Source of the DNA: Mobula hypostoma | Taxonomy: Eukaryota | Length of the DNA: 64,000 nt | Reading direction: 5' to 3' | Assembly (NCBI RefSeq): GCF_963921235.1 | Contig: NC_086108.1 | Location: 50,036,001-50,100,000 of the forward strand | Part shown: one piece after another, positions 38,825-52,204 of the stretch | Layout: each line of letters opens with the position of its first letter | How positions within the stretch are numbered: position 1 is the first letter of the stretch | Program-made: the position numbers and the translations under genes | The notes under the pieces: model-generated | Seen by the model: only the letters and a program-made list of their open reading frames with translations | The model's database searches: none | Told to the model about the DNA's origin: nothing

Positions 38825-40349
38825 CAGTTGCAAGAAAAAGTTTGTGAACCCTTTGCAATTAGTTGGTTTTCTGCATTACTCATAAAATATGGTCCAATCT
38901 ACATCTAAGTCACAATAGTAGACAAACACAATCTGCCTAAATTAATAACACACAACCAATTGTACTACTTCTCGTCAATATTGAGCACACCATTTAAACA
39001 ATCAAAGTCTATGTTCAAAAAAGGTATCTGAACCTTCTACAAAAGCTATTTGGAGTTTGGCATTGTAATCACTAAGATGAGATTGGAGGTGTGGGTTGTA
39101 GAGGTGTCCTGCTTTATAAAAAAAGACACGTAAATTCAGATTGCTGACAGAGCCTGCCCTTCTCAAGAAAGATCTGTTTATGTGCACCATGCCTCGATCA
39201 AAACAACTTTTTGGAGGACCTTAGAAGAAATGTAGAGATGCATGAAGCTGGAAAGGGCTACTAAAGAATTTCTAAGCACCTAAGTGTTCATCAGTCCACA
39301 GTAAGAAATTGTCTACAAATGGAGGAAATTCAGTACTGATGCTACTCTGCCTAGGAGTGGGTGTCCAACAAAGAGCACAACGTGAGATGCTAAAGGAGGT
39401 GGAAAATGAACCCAAGAGTAGCAGCAAAAGACCTGCAGAAATCTCTAGAAGTTGCTAAAGTCTCTGATCATGTGTCCACTGTAAGAAAAGCACTGAACAA
39501 GAATGGTGTTCATGGAAGGACACCACGGAGAAAACCACTGCTCTCCAAAAAAAGCATTGCTACACATCTCAGGTTTGCAAAAGACCACCTGGATGTTCCA
39601 TATATTTCTGGGACAATGTTCTGTGACAGATGAGACGAAAGTTGAACTCTTCTGTAGAAATGCCCAGTGCTATGTTAGGAGGAAAAAGGGCACTGCACAC
39701 CAATACCAAAACCTCATTCCAGCTGGTTTGGGCTTCTCTGCTGCCTCTGGCCCTGGACATTGAAGGGCATTTTACACGAGAATGTCAGGGTAGTAGTCCA
39801 TCATCTCAAGCTTAATAGAAGTTGGATGATGCAACAAGACAATGATCCGAAACACAAGAATAAAATAAAAACAGAATAAAATGTTTAAAAAGAAAACAAA
39901 ATTGTAGGTTGGAATGGCCAAGTCAGAGATCAGACCTTAACCCAATAGAGATGCTGTGGCATGACTTGAAGAGGGCTGTCATGCAAGGTATCCCAGAAAT
40001 ATTGATGAATTGAAACAGTTTTGTATGGAAGAATGGTCTAAAATTTATCCTAGCCTTTATGCAAGTCTGATCACAGCTACAGGAAACGTTTGGTGGAGGT
40101 TATTGCTGCTAAATGAGGTTCTACCAGTTATTAAATACAAGGGTTCACATATTTTTTCCAGCGCGGACTGTGATTAAATAATGTGTTAAATAAAGACGTG
40201 AAAAGTACAATTGTTTGTGTGTTAGTAGTTTAAGCAAATTGTGTTTGTTTTATTAATGTGACTTGGATGAAATTCGGACCACATTTTATGAGTAATTAAT
40301 GCAGAAAGCCAGGTAATTACAAATGGTTCACAAACTTTTCTTGCAACTG
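38825..40349 (+). mobile_element. Tc1-like DNA transposon with both long TIRs; transposase (about 39189-40133) decayed
   Basis: TA|CAGTTGCAAGAAAA...TTTTCTTGCAACTG|TA; pieces HGRTPRRKPLLSKK, TDETKVELF, QQDNDPKH, WPSQRSDLNPIE. Confidence 0.92.
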
Positions 40350-40477
40350 TAAGAGGAGATTAACTAGGACTTAGACATTCTACCATATGTAAAACTATAA
40401 GTAACAGTTTTGTGTAATGTTTTTCCTGCTGCTAATTATATTATTTATCCCTTTCCCCTCTCTTTCCTCCCTTACAG

Positions 40478-40538
40478 CTACTCCTCTTCCTGAAGAATTT
40501 GAATTGCAGGGATTTCTTGCTCTCAGACCTTCACTAAG
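40478..40538 (+). CDS. SMG7: SMG7 coding exon 12 (61 nt): ATPLPEEFELQGFLALRPSLR
   Basis: tacag acceptor, gtaaaa donor; LPEE..LQGF motif. Confidence 0.96.
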
Positions 40539-43052
40539 GTAAAAAAAAAAGGTTTATTAAAAGAAACAATCATAAAATGATTTCACTTGATTTGATATTT
40601 GGACCTGAATTATTTTAATTATCATGACAAATGTAATAGACTATGCAGAAAAGTGAACTCATGATCTCGACTCTCCTCTCCAATGTGCCATGTCAATAGC
40701 TTAAAATCAAACTTTTTTTTCTGGAAACTTCTAACCTGCCCCAAAACCTCAGGTGGATCATTTGAAAAAGTTAGCATGGAACTAGGGCATTAAGTTATTT
40801 ACAACAGTAAATTTAATACCTGTGATAATGCTTCTGATCTGATTTTAGTTGTAGAATTTTACACTGCAGAAGGCAATTTGGTACCTGTGACTTCTGAAAT
40901 GCTAACTGTATTTCCATTGTTCTGCTGCTTCTCCCCATCTATCTTTTGAATATTTAAATTTTTATCTACTCTTAAAAGTTGACTCTGTTGTTTCCACTCA
41001 TATCATTGTATCCTAGACAATCTCCTTTTAATTTTTATTTTTAATCTATGGACTTCACTGTCACACTTGACACTTTATTCCTAGGCTACGTTACCAGACT
41101 GGATTTATGTAGTCTAAGTATTGCTTTATGCATATGATGTACTTCATTCTGAAACTACCTTGAGCAAGGAGCAGTATAGAATTCAGTGTTAATTTAAGTA
41201 TTTTGTATGTTCTCTCAACAGTTTTTGTGCTTATTGTCCTCTACTGAAATGATTTGTTTAACAGATTGAAATAGCAAAAAGGAACAATTTCTGCAATGGA
41301 TATTGTAAAATTGTATTCTTGTTAGTTGATTTTTACTACTATATTCAATAACTTCTGTAAAAATGAATTGTGTGCATCTGACTTAATGCAAGTTACTGTA
41401 GGATGTTGTTGAAAAAGCCACAGATCAATTACATGAAGTTTATATCCCGATTATCTAATGACTTTAAATAACACCCCCTCCAACTGCATTTGTGCCTCCA
41501 AATTTAACAGCTCAGGCTCATTTTAGACTCTTCTGTTAAAATTAATTGTTTAATATCAGCTGCTTTACCTCCCTCCACCTGCATCTCAGCGATGTGTCAC
41601 TGAAACACATTCATGCCTTGATTAACTCCACATTTAATTATTACAGAGATTTCATAGACATTGTCCATTCTCTACATGGTGTAAATTTCAGCTCTTCTTG
41701 TACTAGGTTGATAATGTGATCACATGTCAAATCTGCTTGGCCACAATTTCTATCTGCAAGTTTTTTTAAGCTCATGGCTCCCAAGGCTAAAGTTCAAAAC
41801 TTTTTAATATTTGCTTAAATCCATACATGGGCTTACCCTTACCCATAACCAGCTGGTATAATCTCCCCAGGAAGCAGTTCCCTTCTCCTCCGGTCCAACT
41901 TTGTAGTTGTTCTTTCAGTTACCTAAGGACTGCTCTTCAGTTTTAACAGTGGAGCACTCCTAAACATAAAAGAACAATGAAATAAAATAAAGTTTAGAAT
42001 TCATTGCATTGTAATGTATTGATTAATGGACTGTTCTTGTGTTAATTTGTTGTTGATCGTAGGTCAGGGTTCAGCAAGAAAGAAATTGGATTTTTAAGCT
42101 TTGTTCAGATGCACAGTAGAAGTACACAAGACGTACTTTGCTGTCTAAAAGGACTAGGTAATTTCTAGTGATGATGAATGCTTCTGATTTTAATGGCATC
42201 AGTGTCATCTTGTTTGAAAGGCCTATTGAATCCAAAGTATACTGAATATGTCCAAATGTACTGAATTTCATTACATTTAGGTATTGGCATTAATTTGTGT
42301 AGCTTGAAATTACACCAGGTAATTCTGCTCCCTCTCAAGTTTAAGAACAGGCATAATTAATTTAAAGCCTTACTTATTTTTCTATTCAATAAGTAACTGC
42401 TAAACTTTATTACAATTTGCTAAACTTTATTACAATAATATTTACCTGGCCTTAACTTTTTTCCATTTGCTTACCCAATAGAATGGAAGCAACGGACAGA
42501 AGCTTTTGGAGGATTAAATTGTTTATTTTCATTTGCAATTTGTTTTTATATCAGTTTCCCAATTTAGCTGCCGTATGGCATTTTAATATTTTACTGACTT
42601 TTTTTCTGGTTTTCTGCATGAGAGGAAGTATTTCCATAGTTTTGGGCCCTAGTATTATTTGAAGTGTCTTAATTAGATATCTCTCATAATTTAAATTTGT
42701 GGGAATAAACCCAAGTGTGTGCAATACATTATTTTAACTGTGTTGAAATCAGTGGTCAGAGCCAAGTTCAAAATTTAATGAGCAGACTAACCAAGGCTGT
42801 TTATAATTGAGGCATTTTTATGGCAACTGACCTTGAAATAGAGATTAATATTCTGTGGATTTTTGGTATTAAATCGTATAGCTCTGATCCAGCTCTCTAA
42901 TATGAGTACCTCAATGTACAAATATGTCTTCACACAGTTTCTGATTTCCAGCTCCTTAGAAAATATTTTGTTTTTCTTGGTTCCACACTGATGACCTCAA
43001 ATTAATTTCCAACTCCCACAATATTTCTTATCTTGTCGATCTGCCTTCAGTT

Positions 43053-43873
43053 TATAGAAACATAGAAAACATACAGCACAATACAGGCCCTTTGGCCCAC
43101 AAAGCTGTGCTGAACATGTCCCTACCTTCGAACTACCTAGGCTTTACCCATAGCCCTCTATTTTTCTAAGCTCTATGTAGCAGTCCAGGTGACCCTATCG
43201 TTTCCACCTTCACCACCGCTGGCAGCCCATTCCACGCACTCACCACTCTCTGTGGAAAAAAAAATTAAAAAATAATTTACCCCTGACATCTCCTCTGTAC
43301 CCGCTTCCAAGCACCTTAAAACTATGTCCTGTCGTGCTAGCCATTTCAGCCCTGGGGAAAAGCCTCCTACTATCCACACAATCAATGCCTTTCATTATTT
43401 TGTACACCTCTATCAGGTCACCTCTCAACCTCCGTCGCTCCAAGGAGAAAAGGCTGAGTTCACTCAACCTATTCTCATAAGGCATGCTCCCCAATCCAGG
43501 CAACATCCTTGTAAATCTCCTCTGCACCCTTCCTATGGTTTCCACGTCCTTCCTGTAGTGGGGCAACCAGAATTGAGCACAGTACTCCAAGTGGGGTCTA
43601 ACCAGGGTCCTATATAGCTGCAACATTACCTCTCGGCTCTGAAACTCAATCCCACGATTGACGAAGGCCAGTGCACTGTATGCCTTCTTAACTACAAGTC
43701 AACTTAGTCAACTACAAGTAGCAGCTTTGAGTGTCCTATGGACTCGGACCCCAAAATCCCTCTGATCCCCCATAGTGCCAAAAGTCTTACCATTAATACT
43801 ATATTCTGCCATCATATTTGACCTACCAAAATGAACCACCTCACACTTACCTGGGTTGAACTTCATCTGCCAT
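43053..43873 (-). mobile_element. CR1 LINE 3' fragment
   Basis: ORF 43240..43626 LYRTLVRPHLEYCAQFW..RRFTRMLPG; ATAGAAAC tail. Confidence 0.88.
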
Positions 43874-44532
43874 TTTATTTTTTGGTCTTCCTAACTTAAT
43901 GTCTCAAAATTTGAATAAACATTTTTATTTAACCATGGTGAAGGTTCCTTTGGAACACCAAATATCATTGCTGCCAATTAACCTTTTAAATCTCACTGCT
44001 TCATACTTCATAATCAGTTTCTTATATTGTCTTGTTTACTTATTAATTATGTAGAACATTATTGAATATCTTCCAGTCACATAGCCACAAATTTTCCAAT
44101 CTATGGGTCGAAGTCCTGAACCTTGTTTCAGTGTTTATTTTTCTCCCTCCCTCCATGCACCCATAGGATTGTATTATTGAATGTCAGTTTCCAATACCTC
44201 TATTTGTATATTGCTTTGAAATGGTTAATTCCACTATTCTCTGATGCTTTTCTGACTTTGGAGAGGGTGAGTAGTAGAGAAGTCTTAAAGTGAGATCTTT
44301 AAAATTGGGAATGATAGGATCCCAAAGTTAAATTATGCCCGTCTTGTTTCTTTGCATGGCTTTTAATCTTTTTTCCTGAAAAATGCTCTTTACTGAAGCT
44401 GTCAGATTGCTGTTTGGGTTTACATTTATCTTTAATTATCTAAGGACTTTTTTTTACTTTTATCACTTTCTGTTTTGTGTAATTAATCTGTTCAAGATGC
44501 TCTATACGTTGATGTATTTCATTCTTGTAAAG

Positions 44533-44652
44533 AAATCTGGATTTCTCGAGCGGGCACCAAGGAATAGTGGGCGACAAAGAAGGACAGCAACTAAGGACAC
44601 GCCATCAGCGATTGCTTGCTTTGGGAAAATGGATAGCAGAAAATCATTCCAG
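44533..44652 (+). CDS. SMG7: SMG7 coding exon 13 (120 nt): NLDFSSGHQGIVGDKEGQQLRTRHQRLLALGKWIAENHSR
   Basis: taaag acceptor, gtatat donor, SMG7 peptide. Confidence 0.95.
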
Positions 44653-44659
44653 GTATATA

Positions 44660-45332
44660 TTTTTTTTTAGATTATGAGGACACTCAGTCCTCGTTTATTG
44701 TCATTTAGAAATGTATGCATTAAAAAATGATGCAATTTTCCTCCAGAATGATATCACAAGAAACACAGGACAAACCAAGACTAAAACTGACAAAACCACA
44801 TAATTATAACATATAGTTACAACAGTGCAAAGCAATATCATAATTTGATAAAGAGAAGACCATGGGCATGGTAAAAAAAAAAGTCTTAAAGTCCCAATAG
44901 CCGCCTCATCTCACGCAGATGGTAGAATGGAGAAACTCTCCCTGCCATGAACCTCCAAGCGCAGCAAACTTGCCGATACAGCACCATTGGAAGCACCCGA
45001 CTGCAGTGGACTCTGAGTCCGTCCGAAAACTTCGAGCCTCCGACCAGCCTCTCCAAGCACCATCCTCTGCCAAGCTCTTTGACCCTGCCCCGGCCGCCGA
45101 GCAACAAGCAAAGCTGGGGACTCGGGGCCCTCCCCTCCGGAGATTTCGGACTACCCAGTAGCAGCAGCAGCAAAGCAGGCATTTCAGAAGTTTTACCAGA
45201 TGTTCCTCCATGCTCTCACGTCCGTCTCCATCAAATCAGGATTGTGCACGGCACCCTACTTGACAAATAACAGACATCACCACCGGAGTGCCTGCTGCGA
45301 GCTGTGTCGCGTCGCCATCTTCTCCTCTCCTC
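44660..45332 (-). mobile_element. Unclassified non-autonomous retroposon (CpG-rich 5' end, AATAAA/hairpin/poly-A 3' end)
   Basis: Minus strand starts ..GAGGAGAAGATGGCGACGCG and ends ATGACAATAAACGAGGACTGAGTGTCCTCATAATCTAAAAAAAAA; no recognisable RT ORF. Confidence 0.65.
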
Positions 45333-45574
45333 CATTTCTATTGTCACTGAATTGAGGGTTTTACAATCACTTCTTATGTGAGCAAATTACATTTGGCCGA
45401 AAGTAGCTATACACCAGGGAAAGGGAATTGGAATCATTTAGAATTTTCAAAATCAAAACAGTATTTGCTCTCTAATGACTCAGCAACTTTAGCCAATGGT
45501 GTTTGAGCCTTACAGACATGCAGGGTCCTCAGTTTGATCTCAGATTTGCATGAAAATAGTGTCTATCGTTAACC

Positions 45575-47050
45575 AACACACATAAAAAATGTTGGTGAAC
45601 GCAGCACTGGTCCTTATTTTTTTTAAAAAAAGCAACTGCTCGACTGGCAGCACCCACAAAAAGCTTAAGGAACTCAGCAAGCCTGGCAGCATTTATGGAG
45701 AAAAGTAAACAATCGATGTTTTGGGCCAAGACCCTTCATCATTACTGGGGAAAAAAAGATGAGAAGTTAGAGCGAGAAGGTGGGAGGAGGGGAGGAAAAT
45801 TTACAAAGTGTTAGGAGATAGGTGAAACCTGCGAAGGGGAAGGATGAAGTAGAGAGCTGGGAAGTTGATTGGTGAAGGAGATAAAGACTGTGGAAGAAAA
45901 GGAAGGGGGAGGAGCACCAGAAGGAGGTGATGGGCAAGTAAGGAGATAAAGTGAAAGAGAGGAATGGTAATGGTGAAGGTGGGGAGGTAGGAGGAGGGGG
46001 GAGGCAATTACCAGAAGTTCAAGAAATCGATGTTCATACTATCAGTTTGGAGGCTACCCAGATAGAATAAAGCGTATTGCTCTTCCAACCTAAGTGTGAC
46101 CTCATCGTGGCAGTAGAGGAGGCCATGGACTGGCGAAATGGGAAGTAGAATTGTAATGAGTGGCCACTGGGAGATCCAATGTTGTTTGAGCCTTAGAGCA
46201 TTTCTGATGGGTGGAGCATAAGAGCTTGGCAAAGCAGTCTCCCAGTCTTTGTTGGGTCTCACTGATATACAGGAGGCCACACTGGGAGCACCAGACATAG
46301 TATATGACCCCCAACGGGCTCACAGGTGAAGTGTTACCTCACCTGGAAGGACTGTTTGGGGTCCTGAATAAGAGTGAGGGAGAAGGTGTAGGGGCAGGCA
46401 TGGCACTTGTTTCACTTGCAACGATAAGTGCCAGGAGGGAGATCAGTGCGGAGGGATGAATGGAGAAGGGAGTCGCGTAGAGAGCAATCCCTGCAGAAAG
46501 CGGAAAGTGGCCGGGGGGGGGGGGGAGGTAGATGTGCTTGGTGGTGGGATCCCGTTGGAGATGGCGAAAGTTGCAGAGAATTATGTGCTGGATGCGGAGA
46601 CTAGTTGGGTGGTAGGTGAGTACAAGAGGGAACCCTGCCCCTCGTGCGGTGGCAGGAGGATGGATGAAGGCACACGTGTCTGAATTGGAAGAGTTGCAGA
46701 TGAGGGCAGCATTGATGTTGGAGGAAGGAAAGCCCCTTTCTTTGAAGAAGGAGGACATCTCATTAGTTCTGCAATGAAAAGCCTTATCTTGAGAGCAGAT
46801 GTGGCAGAGATGGAAGAATTGAGAGAAGGGGATAGCATTTTTACAAATAACAGGTTGGGAAGAGGAATAGTCCAGTAGCTGTGAGAATCAGTGGGTGTAT
46901 AATAGATGTCAGTAGATAAACTGTCTCCAGAGATTGAGAAAGGGGAGGGAGGTGTCGGAAATGGACCAGGTAAATTTGAGGGCAGCTGGAGGCAAAGTTG
47001 ATGAAGTCGACGAGCTCAGCAAGGGTGCAGGACGCAGCCTTAATGCAATC
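45575..47050 (-). mobile_element. Older truncated Penelope-like element (RT C-terminus, GIY-YIG, pLTR)
   Basis: Pieces ELVDFINFAS, MSSFFKERGFPS, VIYYVWCSQCGLLYISET, similar to 13800-15200. Confidence 0.88.
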
Positions 47051-47754
47051 CAAAAGTTAGGGAGTGATAATAGTATAGTCATAGTCAATTTTAATTTTAA
47101 TTTTTAGTAAATTGCTGCCAGGTTTTGGAATTTTGATTTGACATGATGTGCAATGTTTTGTTTAGATTAGCTCAACAAATCCTACTTCAATACTTAATTT
47201 TTTTTAAATTTAGAAAATGAGACATTTAAATGTGAAAACAGTTGTAGGGGCTAAATACGTTTTCAAGGCACTGTATCTCTAGCCACAAATACTTTTTGGC
47301 CTGATGATTGTTCCTAGTATTTTCTGTTTAGTACATCTAACAATCTATTCTAATACATTAGAGCAGAATCAGTCTGTTCAGCCCATTGAGTCTCCTGCCT
47401 TCTCTACATAACATTTAAGTTCTGGATGCTATATTGATACATTTGCAATTCAAAAAAATTATAATACTGAAATGCATGGAAATTAAATTAAACTCTGTAA
47501 ATGTATCTCAAATGTATAGGTTTAGGATTTAGGTACACTGCGTTTTACTAAGTTTATAAATAGGGTGTATTTTGTGACAGTCTAGGTTACTCAGCCCTTA
47601 AAACCACATTTTTATACCCGAATTCCATCCGGATACTTACTTTCTTCATGCTTCATAACTCAGCCTCAAAAAATCTTAGTTCTAGTTTTCAAATTTATCA
47701 AATGATCAACCCTAAACTTTTAGAGAATGAATGTTTCAGATTTTATTTTTTATT

Positions 47755-48008
47755 TTAGTAATACAGTGTGGAGTCGGTCCTTTAAACCATGCCGCCCCAG
47801 TAATCCCTGATAAACCCGATTAACCTAATCACAAGACAGTTTTACAGTGAGCAGTTAGCCTACCCAGTGGGAGGAAACCAGAGGACCCAGAGAAAACCCT
47901 TGCATTCCATGGAGAGGATTTGCAGTGATTTCTTACAGAAAGGCACCAGAATTGAACTCCAGAACACCCAGAGCTGTAGTAGTATTGCACTAACCACTAT
48001 GCTACCAT
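47755..48008 (-). mobile_element. tRNA-derived V-SINE (HE1-like)
   Basis: Minus strand GGTAGCATAGTGGTTAG (A box), GGAGTTCAATTC (B box), then GGGTTTTCTCTGGGTCCTCTGGTTTCCTCCCAC (V-domain-like). Confidence 0.75.
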
Positions 48009-48529
48009 ATTTTCACACGCTTTATTTGAAGAAAATAACCCAAGGAGAATGAACAGGTGCAGGCCAGCAGTCCCTCGAACCTGCCATCACATTCAGTAAG
48101 ATTACACCTCATTTGATCTGGTCTCATTCACTTTATTTTCTGGCCCCTATAATCCTCCAATGTCCTTCAATCCATGTCTCCAAACATCAAAAGATCAAAC
48201 ATATCTTTTTTTTTCAAATATTGCAACCAAAGGAGGAAGAGGTTTAATTCTTTTTATCTTTAATATTTGTGGTTCAGGGTGAAAGTATTTAAAGTTAGTC
48301 CAATGCTTTGTGAAAGAAATATAATAAGGACAATGAGTAGGAATATACATGGAATACACTACTTGATACCACCCCTGAGTTTTAATTTTACAATTGCCCT
48401 TATTCTGCACTTTTCTGTCAGAGGAACCAATTTCTCTCATCTTCCTTACTAAGTCAGTGGATCATCTTAAACAATTAATACTCTTTGATTTACTATACCC
48501 AATTAAATTCAATTTAAATACTCTACTCG

Positions 48530-49475
48530 CTTAACACTGATAACTGTGCAGCTAAGTACAGTTCCGTTGCCATATTTAAGATCGCTGATGACACCACTGT
48601 CATTGATGGTGACAAATTAGCATATAGATGGGAGATTGAAACTCTGGCTGAGTGGTGCCACAACAGCAACCACCTCTCACTCAATGTCAGCAAGACAAAG
48701 GAGCTGATTACTCACTTCAGGAGGAAACGAAGTCCATGAGCCAGTCCTCATCAGAGAATCAGACGTGGAGAGGATCAGCAACTTTAAATTCCATTTCAGA
48801 GGATCTAGTGCTCTACTTCCTTAGAAGTCTGCGAAGGTTCAGCATGACATCTAAAACTTTGAGAAACTTCTACAGATGTGTGGTGGGAGTATAATAATTG
48901 GTTGCATGACATCTTGGTATGGAAACACCAATACCTTAAATGAAAATCCTACAAAAAGTAGCTGATCTGGCCCAGTCCATCATGAGTAAAGACCTCCCTA
49001 CCTTTGAGCACATCTATACAAAGTGCTGTTGCAGGAAAGCAGCATCCATCGTCAGGGACCCCCACCATCCTAGTTACTGCCGTCAGGTTACAGAATGTAC
49101 AGGAGCCTCAGTACTCACACCACCAGGTTCGGGAATTGTTATTACCCCTCAACCATCAGATACTTGAACCAGCGGGGATAACTTCATTCAACTTCACTTG
49201 CCTCATCATTGAACGTCCCACAACCTATTGGATTCACTTACAATGATTCATCTCATGTTCTCAATATTTATTGCTAATTTATTAATATTATTTCTTTATT
49301 TTTCTTTTGTATTTGCACATTTTGTTGTCTTTTACACATTGGTGTTTGTCTTGTTGGGTGCCGTCTTTCACTGATTCTATTGTGGTTTTTGGATTTACTT
49401 AGTATGTCTGTAAGAAAAATAAATCTCAGCATTGTATATGATGACATAATGCCTTATAATAAAAGTTAACTTTGA
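48530..49475 (+). mobile_element. Rex1/Babar-type LINE 3' fragment, decayed
   Basis: GCTGATGACACCACTG (ADDTT), LYFLRSLRRFSMTSKTLRNFYRCVV, EHIYTKCCCRKAASIVRDPHHP; AATAAA tail. Confidence 0.75.
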
Positions 49476-50141
49476 ACAGTTTAGTTTATGCAAACCATCA
49501 TAATGTAATCCTTTTATTCCCTTAAATTATAATATAATCACTTTGCTTCACTTTGTTATATAAAGAGGTTGGACAAACTTGATTGTTTACTCTAGAGCAT
49601 GAGAGGCTAAGGGGAGACTTGATGAGGCATGTAAAATTATGAGAGCCATCGATATGGAAATATCAAATACTGGAGGAGATAGCGGGAGAAAGGTTATAGG
49701 AGATTAACCTGGTAGGATTTTTTTTATGCAGAGAGTGGTAGGTGCCTGAAATTGTTATTCCAGGGAAATTGTTATAAGCAGATAAGATAGCAATATTTAA
49801 GGGGCATTTAAACACATGAGTAAGTAGGGAAATGAGGGCAGGTAGAATCTGCACTCAAGTGATGTGCATGCAGATGTGCAGTTTAAGTTAGTATTTTGAT
49901 CAGTACATACATTGAGGGAAGAAGGCCCTTTTCCTGAGCTGTATTGTTCCATGTTAGTGTAGATTATACATAGATAGATAGATATAATTTATTAATCCCG
50001 AGGGAAATTTGGATTCACTACAGCCGCACCAACCAAGAATAAAGCGTAAATATAGCAATACAAAAACCCCAACAATCAGACAACAAAATGCAAGCTATGT
50101 TTCATTTAATATATTTTCTTGCAATTTCTTTTATTTCCTAG

Positions 50142-50562
50142 GCTTATCCAGAGCAGAAATGAAGAAGGTAAACTACTGTTCATAACTGACATCCCAGAAC
50201 TGGCTAATGAAGAGCCATCTGAAATAAAGGATAGCCTGATTTTGCTGGAATCTCCATTTTCAGAACCAACTGAGATTAGTCAAGGTTTAAAGTCTGTTTT
50301 GTCATCAGGCAAGACTCAGAGTAACAGTTCAGAAAATGGAGAGAAACTGGTTACCTTCAAGGAAAATATCAAACCACGAGAACAGAACCGGAATCATCAT
50401 CAAAAAGAAGGCATGAAGGAAAGGTGGGACTTCAACAAAGGAAATGATATTACAAATAAAATGGATGTAAAAAGAGATAGCAATAAAAGAAAGACTGAAC
50501 CAAAGAAAAATAATCAGGACAAGAACCTGGAGCATGCTCGGAAGCAGAATGTGGCAGTGCAG
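50142..50562 (+). CDS. SMG7: SMG7 coding exon 14 (421 nt): LIQSRNEEGKLLFITDIPEL...GLKSVLS...VTFKENIKPRE...RKQNVAVQ
   Basis: cctag acceptor, gtaagg donor; lies inside ORF 50119..50586; SMG7 peptide. Confidence 0.96.
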
Positions 50563-51179
50563 GTAAGGACTTGCTTACTGGATTGAAATTATGCAATTTC
50601 TTGAGCTGGAAGTAAATCTTTCATTTAGAAATTAATTGCTTCTAAAAATTCAGTAGCAGGGTTGAAATCTCGTTTTCAATAACTTGATCGTGACTAAGAG
50701 AGCACTGCACTTTCATGCTAGTCAGTGCATTTGGTTTACTGTCTCATAATTTATCTCAAAGTACAGACGAGTTCTGGAAGTATTAAATTAAGGCATTCAC
50801 TGCTGTCACTGATGAGCGTTGAAGAGATTCATGCAAAAGCAGCACAGTATAGTTACCCTTGATGTCCTGGCTGATGACTAAAACTAAACACTTTCATTAT
50901 TTGTTGCAGCTTGCAGTGTGCAATTTACTTTATCTTCTCTTAATGACAACATTAGCATCACTCAAAAAGAAAGCATTATCAGGTCATCAAGTTGTTTATT
51001 TCCCTCTGTAGATACTGCCTGACTTGCTGAGTTCCTCCATTTTTTATGTATTGGGCTAAGTTGGTTAACTGGTTGCAGTGATGATCATTATGGATCACTG
51101 GCCATGATCAGCCAAATCTAATGTAAAATAATAAAATGAGGTTCTTTATTCTGAACAGTCAGAATTTCAGTTTAATTTC

Positions 51180-51695
51180 TCATCATGCTGAGGATGTTCT
51201 ACGAGTCTGTGGTGGCCAGTGCTATCATGTTTGCTGTTGTGTGCTGGGGCAGCAGGCTGAGGGTAGCAGACACCAACAGAATCAACAAACTCATTTGTAA
51301 GGCCAGTGATGTTGTGGGGATGGAACTGGACTCTCTGACGGTGGTGTCTGAAAAGAGGATGCTGTCCAAGTTGCGTGCCATCTTGGACAATGTCTCCCAT
51401 CCACTACATAATGTACTGGTTGGGAACAGGAGTACATTCAGCCAGACTCATTCCACCGAGATGCAACACAGAGCGTCATAGGAAGTCATTCCTGTCTGTG
51501 GCCATCAAACTTTACAACTCCTCCCTTGGAGGGTCAGACACCCTAAGCCAATAGGCTGGTCCTGGACTTATTTCCTGGAATAATTTACATATTACTATTT
51601 AACTATTTATGGTTTTATTACTATTTAATTATTTATGGTGCAACTGTAACGAAAACCAATTTTCCCCGGGATCAATAAAGTATGACTATGACTAT
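51180..51695 (+). mobile_element. Rex1/Babar-type LINE 3' fragment
   Basis: MLRMFYESVVASAIMFAVVCWG..ILDNVSHPLH; AATAAA followed by a (TATGAC)n tail. Confidence 0.82.
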
Positions 51696-52204
51696 CAAGA
51701 GGTGGTAGCACTGACACAGCAGCATGTGCCACGTTAAAGTGCCAGTGTAGATTATAAACTTGAATTGTGCAGTAAGACTATGAGCCAATAGTTTTATAAC
51801 TCTAGCATGAATATGTTGATGTTAATTTTTATTTAGATAGTATTTTAACAATTTTGATTACTCTATTCCAAAAAATGGATAATAGTGACATGTATCTAAA
51901 TTTTATTGAAAATCCATCATGTAAATGTACAGTGAAACCAATAATGTGTTACATTATTTATTTGGGAATCCCAATAGTTCAGCAACTGAACACTGGGTGC
52001 TAATGTCCATACTCTTAACAGGCCAGGGCCCTGGTTCCTGAGCTCCCAGAAACAATGAGACACCCTTACCAGACTCATAGTTTAAGTTCAAGTTTGTTGT
52101 TTTGGGTAGAAATACCTTGAAAATTAGCCTTTTTTTCCAGCAGCACAGTACATTACAAACAAGACTTAAATTGTATGTAACTTACACAGCAAAATAAATA
52201 AAAA

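Noticed and set aside
42165..42250. Box C (ATGATGA) and box D (CTGA) spaced like a C/D snoRNA
   Set aside because: No terminal stem and no guide sequence I can recognise.
50420..50430. Internal AG|GTGGGA donor in exon 14 as an in-frame alternative 5' splice site
   Set aside because: It is phase 2 while the exon ends in phase 0, and the consensus is weak.
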